From Octopus bimaculoides (Eukaryota), in the NCBI RefSeq assembly GCF_001194135.2, contig NC_068984.1, positions 143,165,687-143,198,567 of the forward strand: a stretch of DNA of 32,881 bases. The letters run 5' to 3'. Within the stretch, counting starts at the first letter, position 1. Each line of letters begins with the position of its first letter. Made by a program: the position numbers and the translations under genes. Below the pieces are notes generated by a model that had not been told where the DNA came from, ran no database searches, and saw only the letters and a program-made list of their open reading frames with translations. This document shows positions 31,183 to 32,881 of the stretch, one piece after another.

Positions 31183-32689
31183 TACGCCTTCTGTTTCCAA
31201 GAAATCTTCTGGCGCTGAACACATGGTGTGCCGTACCGTTTTGTTGCGAACTCTGGAGTTGTCTTGGATATTATAGGATCAGATGTCGAAGGAGTGAAAC
31301 AGGACAAATTCGGTTCTGTTGTTTCCGATACGTCGTACCTGATGTAAACCGATTGATTGGTCACGTTTGGAATGAGTGTTGACCAAAGATCTATTGCGTC
31401 AGAAGTTACATGAGAGTAAAGTGGTGATTGAAATTAGCATAAAAAAAAAAAAGAAGAACAAAGACAAACGCAAAAGCAACAATCGCAACAGATGAGGAGT
31501 TTAGAGAAATCAGAAAATCCGGATATACAGAAACTATTGACACAAACAGGTACACACATACACACACACACACACAGAAACACACGCGCACACACACACA
31601 TACACACACGCACAATTGCAGATGTGATTAAGCATTTGCATCAATAAATATTGATGAGTAAACCAAATACATAGACCTAGCCTAAACATACACAGATTGT
31701 TACATACGCACACTTATACATACTCAAACACAAACACACGCACGATTCCAGAAGACGAACACACACAAACATGATAAGTTGCATGTAGAAACGCATATAG
31801 ATAATTGAAGAACACACATACACTAAACCCATTCCAACACACACACACACACACACACACGCGTACACACACATATACACACATGCACTCACATACAAGA
31901 GTCCAAGTGCAATAATTCTTATTCGTTACTTTAGAAATTAGATCTTAAAGCCATATGAGTAAAGATCACCCAAAATGCATTTCTTAGTTAATAAATACAC
32001 ACACACACATAGAAGCACACACACATACAAACACACAACCACACACATACAGTTATAGGTTAGTGACAAGTGTTCTCTCTCTCTCTCTCTCTCTCTCNNN
32101 NNNNNNNNNNNNNNNNNNNNNNNNNNNNNNNNNNNNNNNNNNNNNNNNNNNNNNNNNNNNNNNNNNNNNNNNNNNNNNNNNNNNNNNNNNNNNNNNNNNN
32201 NNNNNNNNNNNNNNNNNNNNNNNNNNNNNNNNNNNNNNNNNNNNNNNNNNNNNNNNNNNNNNNNNNNNNNNNNNNNNNNNNNNNNNNNNNNNNNNNNNNN
32301 NNNNNNNNNNNNNNNNNNNNNNNNNNNNNNNNNNNNNNNNNNNNNNNNNNNNNNNNNNNNNNNNNNNNNNNNNNNNNNNNNNNNNNNNNNNNNNNNNNNN
32401 NNNNNNNNNNNNNNNNNNNNNNNNNNNNNNNTATATATATATATATATATGGTGGTGTATGTATTCGTGTGTTTGTATGTGTGTGCTTGTACGTGTGCGT
32501 ATGCGTGTATGAATATGTACACTTAATATGGAATTCAATAAGTGGTCGAGAGGATATAAGTTAGTTTATAAAATCCATGAAAAATTCCGCTACGTAGGGG
32601 TGTCCTATCCGGAGCATTTATGGCGAAAGAAATTTAATATTCGCTGAATTTCTTACGATTTTCTGTTCCATTTTTATGCTTATTATAAT

Positions 32690-32816
32690 TAATAATAATA
32701 AAAAATATCAATAATGATCATATTAATAATAATAATAACAATGATAATAATATTGATAACAAAAGCAGCAGCAACAACAATGATAATGATGATACTACTA
32801 CTACTACTACTACTAC

Positions 32817-32881
<65 letters not shown>
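32690..32881. repeat. Compound (AAT)n/(ACT)n/(GCA)n microsatellite to window end
   Basis: Direct sequence. Confidence 0.95.

Noticed and set aside
1126-32564. Dozens of ORFs rich in YI/CV/HT/ER/poly-I/poly-L/poly-X
   Set aside because: These are translations of microsatellites or read-through of N gaps, with no coding evidence.
1-32881. CRISPR array or prokaryotic system
   Set aside because: No regularly spaced repeat-spacer array or operon-like ORFs; the sequence is eukaryotic repeat-rich DNA.

Overview
AT-rich eukaryotic, almost entirely non-coding DNA (intergenic or large intron). It has very dense di-/tri-/tetranucleotide microsatellites and nine N gaps (1248-1721, 2431-2554, 8238-8300, 13729-13873, 16276-16818, 18000-18552, 27976-28707, 29220-29639, 32098-32431; ~3.4 kb), most abutting a microsatellite, usually (TA)n. 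The repeat landscape resembles an octopus genome (inference only). No intact protein-coding gene is visible; nearly all ORFs in the track are microsatellite or N-gap artefacts. Supported content: (i) three tRNA-headed SINE families (A, B, C; 12 full or partial copies) with shared or swapped modules; (ii) decayed DNA transposons: a mariner DD34D, a Tc1 DD34E and a maT DD37D transposase, a mariner 3' end, a 567-bp fold-back mariner, a pogo-like MITE, a hAT-type MITE with 8-bp TSD, and a Helitron helicase C-terminus; (iii) non-LTR retrotransposon relics (R4/Dong-like RLE element in two pieces, an RTE 3' end, a C2H2-finger relic). The most notable observation is a near-complete Penelope-type minimal type I hammerhead ribozyme on the minus strand (18596-18684), with several more decayed relics of the same design elsewhere. 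Two weak exon candidates (signal peptide; poly-proline) are also flagged.
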